Shown piece by piece: positions 1-12,659 of a DNA stretch of 55,565 bases. Numbering within the stretch: the first letter of the stretch is position 1; each line of letters starts with the position of its first letter. This stretch comes from Mizuhopecten yessoensis (taxonomy: Eukaryota), in the NCBI RefSeq assembly GCF_002113885.1, contig NW_018408567.1:1067537-1123101 (forward strand), given 5' to 3'. The position numbers and the translations under genes were made by a program. The notes under the pieces were generated by a model. That model worked only from the letters and a program-made list of their open reading frames with translations. It had not been told where the DNA came from and did no database searches.

Positions 1-121
1 TCTTTTTTTCGCTGAATTTTATTGTCCTGTTCAAGTATTTTTAGTCTTCATTTTATTACGGTCTTATTTACATGTGATAGTGTGACGTCATATACTGTTT
101 ATCCTCGATACTCCAAGGGTA

Positions 122-438
122 ACGCTCACTTTCGCTCTCTGCACCCCTGGAATATGTCATGACAAAATCGAAGCCTAAGTGTGCACCACCTTTTGGATGA
201 GACAAGAAGAGCAGTTTTATCCTTTGATGTACTTCAAAAGAATCTCGCGGTCGCGTAACGGTGAAATTGGCTGGCTTTGAGGTCGGGTACGTGTCGCTCA
301 TCTGTAATCTTGAAAAGACAGATACCAGCCTTGCGATTGGTGATGTTTTTTTCCACCTGAGATCAATCAAATAGCTTGCCTGGTGCCTTCACTTTTACTA
401 TGACATATCCCAGGGATGCAGAGAGCGAAAGTGAGCGT
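122..438. repeat. Inverted repeat pair of about 45 bp, probably a MITE
   Basis: acgctcactttcgctctctgcacccctggaatatgtcat (from 122) pairs with atgacatatcccagggatgcagagagcgaaagtgagcgt (to 438). Confidence 0.7.
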
Positions 439-1045
439 GGTATATGTGTTTTGTCTGCGTGTTTCTTTGTCTTTCTTAAAACCATATAATTTAGCTATTA
501 TTTTGCCTTTGTATATAGCATTTCTATATTTCGATAAAGGATCCTCCCCCCCCCCCCCCCCCCCCCCCCTTTCAAAAATAGAAATGACAAATATGAAGTT
601 GTCAGTGGATATATATACACGATACTTGTTTAAATACACGATGCATCTGAATATCTGCACCAGCAAGTGCACAATCTAGCTGTATTGCAGAGTGTGCAGG
701 AAGCCGTGAACGGAAAAACCGATGAGATCAAGGCGAGAACTAGATACCAGCACAGACAATACCAGACCCAGCGGGACTATATATTTTGACCTCTCTGTGT
801 GTTATAAACTGTAAGTATATAAACGTAATCAATGGCGGGCTGTATACAATTACACACCCATGTGGGTTTCAGTAACATTTAATTTAAACTTTGTTTTCAT
901 ACAATCTAGTTATAAACTATACACGCACTCTGCTGGTACACAACTTGTTACGCCATGCCACTGTATTTAAGTTATCGATTGGCTGGGTTATTTTTAGCGT
1001 ACGAGTGTATACTATTTTAGTCGTTCAGCATTAGCTCTGAGGAGC

Positions 1046-2456
1046 TAAAGAGCTATGGCGGAAATCTGCCCATATTTCCCTAAGTCGGCATTTATGAAAA
1101 CTGAAAACAATCTTAATGAATAAATAATTTCTAGCAGCGAAAATGCATAGAATAGATATAAAACCAATTGAATATGATTTTTTGAACTGCTGATATATTA
1201 GGTATTGTTAATATGATACAGCAAATATAGCCATATTCACTATATCTATGAAAGTGACGGGGTTTCCCAGACTTAAAAAACCGGTATCAACACTTTCCCA
1301 TCCGAGGACCAACTTTTGAATAAAAAAAATATATTCCGTGATGTTATATGCAAAAACAAATCGTATTCCGGAAAAGTGGTCCTCCCTTGGAAAAGTGCTC
1401 AAAAGAATGAAAAACAGTGGTGAGTGAGTTTCTTAAACTGCGACAGGTGTTTCTTGGGTTAAAACAGTTTGTATTCCCATCTTCGTCTATGTCGGATGTA
1501 GCCGAATATGTAACGCAGTTGACTTGTGACCAGACGAAATGGACGTTGCAAGTTCGAATCCACGTTTAGGTGTTGTTGTTTTTTGAATAATCAAGCATGA
1601 GATCTTTTTCCTTCATTCAGTTATACAATATTTTTAAAACCAATGGAACATTTTATTTAATTTTAATAATATACCTATTGATTTATCTTCTATGCAATCA
1701 TGTCAACAACTCATTGTACACGTGTACAGGACAGCTACGCTTTGTAGATAAGACATCATTTTAAATGATATTTATGAATTGTTTTACCCTCCAATTGACA
1801 CGAGTGATTTTATCTATCTAATTTAACCAAACAAATGATGCTAAAATACCAAATAAATGTGGGATTGTTGCGTCAGAATAAAAAAAGGCCAAGCCAATAA
1901 AAATGAACTGTTATTATCGCAAATAACTACCGAAAATACGGAAAAATTCATCGTTGCGGACAGTCTCATTTGTTTGAAATGCAGGAAGACTGTAGCAAAC
2001 ATCGAAAGTAAGGATCGCAATACACGTGCAAGAAATGCTATTCGAAAATGATGTATATCATTTTTGTCATTCATATGTGCAGGAAAATCAAGATGTGTAT
2101 TTTGTAAGAAAGCATGTAACGGCATGACGCAGGCAGTATTAATGGAAATTAAATCCTTTCAAAAACTTGTTGGTAATGATTGTACGATCTTGTATTACGT
2201 ACAATATATTATTTGTTTTAAATTCATAAAAATAATGCGAAATAAGCATTTTGAGTCTTTATCGTTAAACGCATGTATCAATAGCCATGGCATTGAATTC
2301 GGCTGTTTACAATAATCTATTATTAGACACAGGATTCCGATAGAGCTACCTGTATAAAAATACATGAGGACGCGTCATGACAGTACACGGTGGCACGCGC
2401 GAACTCACGGACACAACTTTGGGGAAATAGGCAAAGCAACCCGCCATAGCTCTTTA
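1046..2456. mobile_element. Non-autonomous TIR element (Kolobok/Crypton-like ends) containing a tRNA-like box
   Basis: Imperfect ~40-bp inverted ends taaagagctatggcgg...atttccc and gggaaatag...ccgccatagctcttta; internal gttcgaatcc B-box-like motif near 1553. Confidence 0.6.
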
Positions 2457-3760
2457 CGTTTGTGACAAAAAATAAACAAACGGGGCATTATTACAAAGTA
2501 GTTAAAACATAGAAGTTAATAGCAGGTAGTATATAGTATGGCATATAAATGTATTAATACTCCTTTGCGTATTTATCTCCATACAAAAGAACCTATAGTA
2601 CAATGATTAAATGTTATTGCCCTAAATTGATCGATACATGCTTTATCCCGGGGATATAGTCAATTTTACCAGGCTATAGATTTAGGAGCTATGTCCCTGT
2701 CATAGCAAACCAACTAAAACATTTACGCTAAGGAAATATGCCATTCACCCCTCTAAATCCATGCCACTATACACCACATGGACTGACCCAATCAGGTGAG
2801 GTGGTCGATTGTTCGAATTAGGATTTAATGTGTTAAAGAATTCAAATATAAAATATCTGCGATGCAGCTTTGACGTAAGGTGGCATTGTCTTAACCTTTT
2901 ATGCATAAAGACAAGTATGATGTCTTAGGAGGCGAGTTTTGTACTGCCTTTCTATATATGTATACATACATGTACGTACCTGTTCAAATACTTCAAATAC
3001 TAGTTTTTGTCTTGAAAGAATATGACTTGTTTTCATTATAGCAACAAAAAAAGGAAAATGAAAAACACCATGTATATCTTTAACGAAATATAATTTGCTA
3101 ATCAAAATGCAACCTTAAAAAAATGTTATTATTTATCGGATGAAATTAATGTGACCGTTTTAAATGATAATATATTGTTACATACTTGTATGACACTGTT
3201 AACTGTACATAAGTAATGATAGATAAAATACTTTAATACAAGACACTATTAACTTAACATAATTAATTATTATTCATTTACGTTATGTATGGCACTGTTA
3301 ACTCTATATAATTAATTAACAATAATTAACTAATCAGTCATTCAAAAAATGAAGTCGATCATATTTTTGACTTTCATTTCAAATTGATGTGGTCAGTGCT
3401 TATAATAATAAACTTATATATAAATAAACACGGTAATCTTGCTAGTAAAATACACGTGCTAGATAAAAGTTGCATACATATTGATGCAATCGACACATAT
3501 AAGGTTAGATCACAGTTATCTTAGTTAAGAGTATCACAGAATGCATAAAGTTTCATGCATAGGTATTTCATCAATTAAATGGCATGTGCCTAATATACAT
3601 ACATGCTAATATAGCAAACAATAAAAATTGATATAGTTATACGCAAATATAGCATAATCTAAAATATTGATATAATTCAGATAAGAAGTCTATTTAGAAA
3701 AGAAACTTTCATCCTCCACGATGTTAAAGCTTAAGTACAGAACAGTTTTATGTTCATAGT

Positions 3761-6541
3761 TTACAAATCACCGTCATGAATGTGTCCTGTGATTTTGCTT
3801 TGAAGAATAGAAAGTTCCTCAGTAAATGATTTGCTCTCTGACGCTAAAATCCCAAACAGTTTTTCTAGTTTGGTCAAATCTGGTCTTCTAGCATCCAGTA
3901 CAAACTGCAGTGGATTGAAACCTTTCTTCTTTAATTGAGTACACATGTACCCTTTTTCGTGTTGGTCCAGAAAGGAGACGAACACTAGCCGAGCTGGGAA
4001 CACTTCGTTATGGTATTTCTCAAAGAGATCGGCAAAATTTCCAACATTTTCCCCTTCGTCTGTCACAATAATGAAGGTCTTTACAACCCTCTTTTGTTTG
4101 TAGAAAGGCATCAAGGCCGACGATGGATTTGTGGAGCCGCTTGCCTCAGTTTTCATTGCAAGTTTCAGGGCTTCGTCGACATTTTCTGGCACCTTTTTTG
4201 GGCGCTTACAATTATGGTTGAATACAACAAGGTCGGCAGAACAAATCGAGCATAATATTCCAGTAATGACAGAACTAGTCCTGACCGCGATATCCATGGA
4301 CCCTGAACGATCTCCGAGTACAACGACAGGAGAATCTAGCTTCAGTTTGACGTTCTGAAGTTTAGATTCGGCAAGGCTGAGCAACGTTTTCATGAATGGA
4401 ATCTTATATTTTCCTGTCGCCCTCCTGCCACAGCGAAATCCGCGTGCTAGTTCTTTCAATGTGATTAACCTGTCCATCATCTTTCCGATTGGAAGGTCGC
4501 TTGTGTCTCCTGTGTCAAGTCGTTGCATTATTATTTCATCCACCTGGCGGCATTCTATGTCTTCATAATACCATAACACAGTGTCGAGTCGAGGTTCTGA
4601 TGTGGCAATTTTAATCTTTGACTCTACATTAAGGTACTTTTTAAATTTCCGGCTATGGGCATATGGAATGTCACACGTTTTTAATTTGTCGTTTATGTTC
4701 TTTTCGTTCAGGTCCTCGCAAGTGTGCACTACGGTTCCACAGGGTGCTGACTGGCCAAAACAGTAGGACAGAAACCAGGGTAGATTGGGAAAGTCCTCTA
4801 CAGGATTAAAATGGCAAATGTCGGCTAGTTTCTTCCATGGTTTTTTAGGAAGATGGAGGGCATAGCGTTCGAGCTCTTCCTTGCTCAATGTTTTTGTCCA
4901 TTTACGAACATTTTTACATATCGATCCACTTGCAGATCCCTTTTTAGGCTGTAGCTTTCTCATGCTATTTATTTTGCACTTCAATTTGTCAATTTTATGA
5001 CGAGACACCTTTCCCCTTGCCGTTTGAAGTCGTTTTAGGGTTTTTTCTCCTTGTCGGATAAGTCTTCCTGAATCCACGATTTGTAAAGCTTTCAATATTT
5101 CAACCATTCCATATCTGTCGCGATCGCATATGAACTCTGTGGACATCTTGAAATCGTTTCTTGCCCAGCTGGCAGCTAAAGCGCGTACTCGGACTTGTTG
5201 ACGTAGCTCCACCCCCTTTAGATGTAATAACGACATGCATGCAATATACCTGCTACGATTTTGATTTTGAGCTTGGATATGTTCATCCGTTGAAGCGTTG
5301 GCAAAGAAAAATTCGCTGACATTTTGATCAATATCAACCACGGTTGCATTCATTTTACTTCTGTGAGGCGATCTACTTTTACTATGACTTCTTCTGTGAG
5401 GCGTTACGCTTCTACTACGACTTCTTTTCCCGGGCCGTCTACGCCTAGTACGCCCCCTTCCCCGAAACCGTCTACGTTTAATTTTGCTCCTTCTGCGAGG
5501 CGATCTACTTCTACTGCGACTAAAGCGAGGCGACCTACTTCTACTGCGACTAAATCGAGGCGATCTACTTTTCCTATGACTCCAGCGACGCGAAATACTT
5601 CGACTACGCCTTCTTCTGCGACGCGATCTACTTCTGCTACGCCTCCAGCGAGGCGAAATACTTCGACTACGCCTTCTTCTGCGACGCGATCTACTTCTGC
5701 TACGACTCCAGCGAGGCGATCTACTTCTGCTCCGATTCTTTCTTTGAGTACTTGTTATGTAACTCAAGCCTTCAGGCGATCGACTCCTACTACAACTCCT
5801 ACTTACACTGCGACTCGATAAAACTCCTGGTGAGTCAGAGTAATTAGAATATGGCGATACCGATCGGCTTAATATCGATGAGTAAGTTGGAGATAGCTGT
5901 CGTGGAGAGAATGTATTTCTACGAGAACTCCTTGATCTGCGCGAGTATTTCATCATTTGAAACCGATTTGGGGAGAGACTACCATACCGTGGACCGATTG
6001 TTTTCGACGAGTTATTTCTACATGACGCGTCTCTTCTGTGTGGTTCATATAGATCCTGACTGACACATAGCAACGGACAACTTCTACTCCTTGAAATTTT
6101 TCTTGGACTTCGCCATCTTGATCTAGGTGATCGACGTCGCCAGGCTGTTATGTATTGCCATGGAGAACACGATCTGGAATAGGATCTTCTACGCCATCTT
6201 GGAGAGTATGACCTAGAGCGTGATCGTCGAATCTGGGTGTTCCGTCTTGGAGAACATGATGGTCGAATCGGGGTTCTCCGTCTTGGAGAACATGATGGTC
6301 GTGTCGGAGTTCTACTTCGTCTTGGAGAACATGCTGGTTGAGTCGGGGTTCTACTTCGTCTTGGAGAACATGATGGTCGAGTCGGGGTTCTCCGTTTTGG
6401 AGAACATGCTGGTCGAGTCGGAGTTCTACTCTGTCTTGGAGAACATGATCGTCGAGTCGGGGTTCTACTCCGTCTTAGTGAATAGGAACTAGGAACACAT
6501 TGGTGAGCTCGTCCCCTATTCCTCTTGCGTCTCCTTCCCAT
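3761..6541 (-). CDS. Gene A: RS/protamine-like N-terminus fused to a Ro60/TROVE-like helical region and a C-terminal vWA (MIDAS) domain, 926 aa, intronless CDS
   Basis: Residues 1-396 are R/S/P repeats (RSRTPTRPSCSP; SRSRSRRRRRRSRSISPRW). From M397 (5353) the sequence looks globular: PWKKLADICHFNP resembles the TROVE W-x-x-x-(D/L)-x-x-x-x-x-H-x-x-P segment. The vWA MIDAS is VVVLGDRSGSM (DRSGS at 4298-4312), followed by SGSTN and FIIVTDE, in the same order as in the Ro60 vWA domain. Confidence 0.85.
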   Translation of the reverse strand: MGRRRKRNRGRAHQCVPSSYSLRRSRTPTRRSCSPRQSRTPTRPACSPKRRTPTRPSCSPRRSRTPTQPACSPRRSRTPTRPSCSPRRRTPIRPSCSPRRNTQIRRSRSRSYSPRWRRRSYSRSCSPWQYITAWRRRSPRSRWRSPRKISRSRSCPLLCVSQDLYEPHRRDASCRNNSSKTIGPRYGSLSPNRFQMMKYSRRSRSSRRNTFSPRQLSPTYSSILSRSVSPYSNYSDSPGVLSSRSVSRSCSRSRSPEGLSYITSTQRKNRSRSRSPRWSRSRSRSRRRRRRSRSISPRWRRSRSRSRRRRRRSRSISRRWSHRKSRSPRFSRSRSRSPRFSRSRSRSPRRRSKIKRRRFRGRGRTRRRRPGKRSRSRSVTPHRRSHSKSRSPHRSKMNATVVDIDQNVSEFFFANASTDEHIQAQNQNRSRYIACMSLLHLKGVELRQQVRVRALAASWARNDFKMSTEFICDRDRYGMVEILKALQIVDSGRLIRQGEKTLKRLQTARGKVSRHKIDKLKCKINSMRKLQPKKGSASGSICKNVRKWTKTLSKEELERYALHLPKKPWKKLADICHFNPVEDFPNLPWFLSYCFGQSAPCGTVVHTCEDLNEKNINDKLKTCDIPYAHSRKFKKYLNVESKIKIATSEPRLDTVLWYYEDIECRQVDEIIMQRLDTGDTSDLPIGKMMDRLITLKELARGFRCGRRATGKYKIPFMKTLLSLAESKLQNVKLKLDSPVVVLGDRSGSMDIAVRTSSVITGILCSICSADLVVFNHNCKRPKKVPENVDEALKLAMKTEASGSTNPSSALMPFYKQKRVVKTFIIVTDEGENVGNFADLFEKYHNEVFPARLVFVSFLDQHEKGYMCTQLKKKGFNPLQFVLDARRPDLTKLEKLFGILASESKSFTEELSILQSKITGHIHDGDL
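6235..6475. repeat. 30/33-bp coding repeat in gene A (RSRTPTRPSCSP)
   Basis: The motif cgtcttggagaacatg recurs about 8 times. Confidence 0.85.
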
Positions 6542-8323
6542 GCCAACACCTCAATAATGATTCAATCAAATACAAATGTTTTTGTTTATATTAGCTGTTG
6601 TAATGACCCAGCTGATAATTCATTACGGAATGTACAGCGATCTTCAATTTCTTGTTGATATGCACGGCACTTGTTGCTGTTCATTGTACCTGAAATTGTT
6701 CATTAAAATCTGATGTAATAATACAGGTCTTCATTAAATATGATGTACGACTTGTAAGATCCCACATATGAAATGACAACAGTCTATATTAGGTTGTTTG
6801 CAGTGGATTTCTTTTCATTGTCATCGTATCAATTGTCGATATGGCGATCACTTATTGCCAATTCTAAAGTTCAAAAACAATTTCAGATGTTGATAGACAC
6901 TTCAAAACATCTAGCATCTGCTTAATATACTACCATAATCCATAATATGCAGATATTATAACCATATCCTCAGTGATTGATTGGCTGGAATTCATCAAAT
7001 ACTGTATGTACAAGCACTTATTAACACATTTTTTTCATACATCCAAAACGATATGATTGTAAAGGGGAAATGTCAATATCCCACACGCTCACTTACAGTA
7101 GAATGAAAAACACACATGTGTATTGAATAGAAAATCATTCAACCGATTTAATGGTCCGCACCATAGTCGGTTTGTTACGCAATCGTTACAGCTTCCCACT
7201 GTCACTGATATATATAAGCGTCGTTAACTCGAATATGTGGCTATGTAACAGCGTGGCAATATCAATCGTTAAATTAAAGTACCGATCGTAGATATATACT
7301 AGCACTCGTGTAGAACGTTCTGTATACGTATACAAAGCGTAGTCTGGTCGTATATATGGTATGTGTGTGTACTCACACTAACCTGTGTATATACGCACAA
7401 AGAAGTAGTCCCGTGTTATAATTAACCGTTTTTTACTGTCATGAAAGATATACTTTAAATTGTTACCATGTATATCTATATATAGACAGTATTTTTTCCC
7501 CGTACAACAGATACACCACTAAACAAGATTTTTTCTGTGTTGTGCAATAGTAACAGACTAATTAAAACGTCCCATAGGAATATATAGGAAGAAACACACA
7601 TAAAGAATCTAAATATGGAAATTACAAACAACTATAATGGAAACAGCACAGTCAGTATACTAGTTAAAAATTATAAAGAATCATATTTGCTTTTATTCAA
7701 GTATAGCATACAAACATATTAAAAGTATTGTAGTTGTTTTTCTTGCTAGTGTTAACTACGTATGATAGCGTGTAACTAAAACTTGGATATCATGATAATC
7801 AACGGCAATTATGCATAAACATGTATGTATTTTTACTTTAAAAGTAGATTTTATCAGGACTTGGTGGGGTTTTTTTTAAATTTTTAATCGGGTAAAACAT
7901 ATACAGAGCATTAAGTAACGAGTAAGTACATAAGTCGGGATCCAAGTTTTGGAACTGTTTTATTTTTTATTATTATTTTCATGCTTATAGAATACGTATC
8001 ACAGATATTTGCTGACATAATAGAAAATATTAGCACATAACACTTATGTAAGATTTGGAAATATCCTAGTTACCACAATAAGGAGTTTTGATATTTTATG
8101 TATAGTGTGATGTATAGCATTATTATATACAGTGGACTCGCAAATTGTTTGTTTAAATAAAAACATGTTATATTTATTCTTTAATAACACCTAGGATACT
8201 GTTAAAAAGAAGGTTACGGTTGAACGGTTCATTTATTTTGGATTACCTTTTAACTAAGACTACAAGGAGTGGCTATGTATTACCAACAAGATGGTATGCA
8301 AAATACTCTTTATTATGCATGTA

Positions 8324-9155
8324 TTTATTAGTCTCGTACCGATGAAACCGGGGAGACAAAAGGTTTTGTCTCCGTCCGTCCGTCCATTACCTTTGGTTAA
8401 AGTTTGTGTTAAAGTTTTGAAATGGCTCACCGTTCACTTAATAATAGTGTTAGGATTCTGGTTGTATGTACAGAGGTTCTTTAGGGGTCTAGCATTAATG
8501 TGTTGTTTAGTGAAAGTGGATTGTTTTCTTTTTCTTTTTCCTTTTCACATGTTTTGGACTTACATGTGACTATCTTGGCCAAAATCTGTAGGTTAAAGTT
8601 TGTGTTAAAGTTTCGTAATGGCTCACCGTTCACTTAATAATAGTGTTAGGATTCTGGTTGTATGTACAGAGGTTCTTTAGGGGTCTAGCATTAATGTGTT
8701 GTTTAGTGAAAGTGGATTGTTTTCTTTTTCTTTTTCCTTTTCACATGTTTTGGACTTACATGTAAATATCTTGGCCAAAATCTGTAGGTTAAAGTTTCGG
8801 TTAAAGTTTCGTACTGGCTCACCGTTCACTTAATAACAGTGTTAGGATGCTGCTATTACGTACACAGTTTCTTTATTGGGGTTTAGCATTAATGTTGTTT
8901 AGTGATAGTGGAAAACTAATTTTATTGTTTTTGAATTTTTGACATGTTTTGGACTTAACTATCTTGGCCAAAATATGCAGGTTAAAGTTTGGGAAAGTAC
9001 GGGCATTAGATTGCATGGTCCGCTATGTATTTACTGTGTACTCTGGAAAATCGTTTGAAAATATTGTCGCTTGCAATATCTTGTTTGCTGTGTATCTGTT
9101 GGGGGCGTCGGTAGGGGACATGTATTGATTCATCCATACCCACAGAATGCTTGTT
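8324..9155 (+). mobile_element. Non-autonomous Helentron-associated element (HINE/Pearl-like) with internal ~196-bp tandem repeats
   Basis: T-rich start, 5' subTIR gtctcgtaccga with nearby inverted repeat, (gtcc)n microsatellite, units starting at 8395, 8591, 8787 and 8980, 3' subTIR tcggtaggggac, end cttgtt. Confidence 0.8.
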
Positions 9156-10506
9156 ATTAATGCTTGAAAGATTTATTTAAATCACGTGTTATTTTTGACT
9201 GAAAACTATCATTTAAATAGTCCCTTAAGCGCTGTTTAGTCATTTCCGATTTTCTAGGATTACAAACTAAACACTGAAACTACGAATTAAGGTATTCCAT
9301 GTATAATACACATTTTTTTTAAAGTAAATGCATTTTATATTTTTCACACACACGTGTGAAGTCTTTCCCAAATTGTTGCTACACTATATGACAGTTTCGT
9401 CCGTTAAGGACCCATCAGTAGAACTAAAGGTGAATAGTCCATAATTAATGTATTGCAAAGTATATATAGCAAACAGAGAATGGAAGGGGAACGTGCCTAT
9501 CAACCCCTTGCTAGTGTTACGATCGAATTACAACATTTTGCTACAGCTGATAATTTATATCAGAATTCGTTGTTTTAAGTATCTCTACACCAACTTACTT
9601 TAAATACAATGTTCTTTGCCATCACCTTTTTTTTCTTTTCAAACTTTTGTTTTACATGCTTGTTTGACATAATCATATGTTTACTTTAAGGAAATCGCCC
9701 TGATTCAGATTTACATATTGTTATCTGAATGTATTTTATGGTTTGGATGTTTTATGTTTTTAACTGGTCGTAGATATGATGAGCGAAGTTATCACGACTT
9801 CAGCATGTGGTGCAGGAAACTCCCCATTTAGGATTCTTAGCTAAGGTTGCCTGTCCCACTGCACTGGATTCTTATGTACAGTGACCCCACTTTAATTTCC
9901 CTTTGAATATAACTGTAGCACATCTCGGCCAGAAGACGTCCATTGAACAGGTTACTCAGTTGTTTGGAGCGATAGTATAACAATCTGCAGTAATCAGGGT
10001 TCGAACCCCGGACTAGCCCCGCTGAAATTTTACACTAAGAACACTGTCGTTGATTATATAATTTGCTCATTCCATCTTTATTTGTTTTACATAAAAGTGC
10101 CACGAGGTATGGCTTTCATTTTTAAATGATTAATTAAAGCTATGGTCTTGCTGGGGAAAAACCCGTTTTCACTGTGCACTTACGGGGATCTTTAAGCAGA
10201 TGTTTATATGATGTCATTTCAACGATTTTAAGTCTCATTGGTGGTATTCTTTCTGTGAACAGTTTGAGGTCTTTTTATACCGTCAAACGTTGTTATTTCG
10301 AATTTGTGTTATGCAAATCACAAAGTCCACAGCGTTATTGTTTAAAATAATCTAGATAAAAATATGAAAAAGGAAACACCTTCTTTTAGTATTACAAATG
10401 TACAAAATTATATTGTGTCGATACAGAAATATATTAATAATACATTTAAAAAACCCCATCAACATATAAATGAATATCGGCCATGCACCTTTGACGTGAT
10501 ATATCG

Positions 10507-10712
10507 CCTATACTGTCGGAGATGACCTACCCATAGTCATGGTGCCGTTCCTGTTTACTCCCATTACAATATAGTAGGTTAACACAGCTGATCCTATACT
10601 GTCGGAGATGACCTACCCATAGTCCTGGTGCCGTTCCTGTTTACCCCCATTACAATATAGTAGGTTAACACAGCTGATCCTATACTATCGGAGATGACCT
10701 ACCCATAGTCCT
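10507..10712. repeat. 86-bp tandem repeat, about 2.4 copies
   Basis: cctatactgtcggagatgacctacccatagtc-type starts at 10507, 10593 and 10679. Confidence 0.9.
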
Positions 10713-11054
10713 GTTGTCTTAAGCTTATATACATAAACACGTGAAAAATATGCCGAAAAAATTAGAAAAGTGATACTGTTAACTGAAATTTTTGACGGTA
10801 TTACCTTTTTGCGCTTTTTTGCGATTTGATTGTGATACTAAGTTATGACTGCGCTATTTGAAATTTCTGTATATATTTGTATTTTGCATATATATTGAGT
10901 ACCAAAAACAAATAATTTAGGTAAATCGACAACACACGAATAAATTCTCAAAGAATTGAAGTTTTGTGCTGTCTTTACTATATATGTCGATTAATTCATC
11001 ACGTAAATGTTTCAATACTTTACATAAATGTCTTGTAAGAATATAAGTTCATTC

Positions 11055-11265
11055 TGCTGTAGTGGTTAGGGCGTCTGACATTATGCTACCACTAGCCCTC
11101 CTCACTGGGTCGCGTGTTCGAGACCTACGTGGGGCAGTCGCCAGGTACTGGCCGTAGGTCGGTGGTTTTCCTCCGGGAACTCCGGCTTTCCTCCACCAAT
11201 AAAACCTGGCATGTCCTTAAATGACCATGGCTGTTAATAGGATGTAAAACACAATCAAACCAATC
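11055..11265 (+). mobile_element. tRNA-derived SINE with V-domain (BivaV-type), slightly 5'-truncated
   Basis: tRNA-like head with B box gttcgagacc, V-domain ggttttcctccgggaactccggctttcctccacc, tail ccttaaatgaccatggctgttaataggatgtaaaac plus (aaacc)-like end; homologous to 25680-25902. Confidence 0.85.
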
Positions 11266-12250
11266 TACTGTAAAAAGCAACCAACCGTGTTTAAAAAAGA
11301 CAAAAACACCAGATTTTTTTATATAACGAAGTTTTATTTGCAAATCAACAAATTTTAACATCTGTTAAAATCTCTTATCATTTATTGTTTGAAAATGTGT
11401 ATGTGCTTTTTTTATATTCCAACTCGTTGTTACATACATTTATGGAGTTGTTATCTTATTTGTATATAACCACATATATGACATTGTTAATATAACTGAG
11501 TATGATTGATGATAGATAATTTACATTATGTTAAGCAGTGTAAACTCAATATAAGGAATTATGAATATCATTAAATATATATAATACACTACTACTATAG
11601 CACCGTTTGCATTGAGTGTAGATAATCAATAATAGATAACTTGGTCAGTGAAAAATAGTTCTGTATATAAATATACACACAAACATACATACATGAATTG
11701 AAATGTTAACTGTCTTTAATTAATAATAAATATTTTAGTTCATGAATGACACTAATAACTTAACTGTTAAGTTAATTGTTCATAATGAGTTAAACATACT
11801 TTTCTAAATATTTAATATACATGTTAACTTAACTGTATATTATTAAATATACATACTTTGCTGAATGTATAGCACATTTTACTTAACAGTAGGTAATAAA
11901 TAAAAAAAACAAAATGCTAAATGTATGACACTGAAATTTAACTGTTAACCCAATTGTTCATAATCAGTGAGAACTAATTTCCTGTATAAATGGAAGTGAT
12001 TATTGTATGTAAGTAACAATATACAATTGACAATATATATAATACTGTTAACTATACATAATTAAAGTTTTTTATATATATATATGGCACTGTTAATTGT
12101 ATATACATTTGTAATTGATAATAAATAATTAACTTTATGTATGACACTGTTAACATATTTGAACACCATCAATATTTTTTTCAATGATTAATGATTTATT
12201 AGATGTGTGATACGGATAACTGTACATAATTCATGATAAATTACTTAATA

Positions 12251-12500
12251 TGCTGTAAGCGTACCTATATTAGCACATTCACATTTTAGCGAAAAGAATG
12301 GGGTAGGACTCAAAAGCGCACTCTTTGCTGAGCAGAATCGCGGTACCTAATTTCATTTTCTGTCCCTTGTCACATTTTATGGTATTGAGATAGCTTGTGC
12401 AATGTAGTCTAATTTTGCGATGGACGTGAATTAACGGAGGAAAGGTTAGCGCGAAGGACGTACAGAATAAAATACCGCTAAAATTAGTACACTTACAGTA
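12251..12500. mobile_element. TA-flanked MITE (ctgtaa...ttacagta family); related copy near 31688-31885
   Basis: Inverted ends ctgtaagcgtac...tattagc and gctaaaattagtacacttacagta. Confidence 0.55.
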
Positions 12501-12659
12501 TTACGACATCGTTAAGTTTACTATATAATTACTGATGAAAGTACAAACCGGTTATATATAAAGAACGTGATATCAACAGGACTTTCAGTTGACATTAGTG
12601 AGTTCCGTGGTTTAATCTTCCACGATGTGAAAATACAAAATATGTTATAAAAAACATCG

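Noticed and set aside
545-569. Poly-C run giving poly-Pro and poly-Gly ORFs
   Set aside because: A simple homopolymer with no coding evidence.
1490-1570. tRNA-like or Y-RNA-like sequence near the Ro60-like gene
   Set aside because: Only a B-box-like motif is present, no convincing cloverleaf or Ro-binding stem, and it lies inside a TIR element.
5324-6492. Plus-strand ORFs overlapping gene A (Thr/Ser-rich and VLENM repeats)
   Set aside because: Antisense shadows of the RS repeats.
9950-10025. tRNA-like head (ttactcagttg...gggttcgaaccc)
   Set aside because: Degenerate arms and no acceptor stem; more likely a SINE or transposon remnant.
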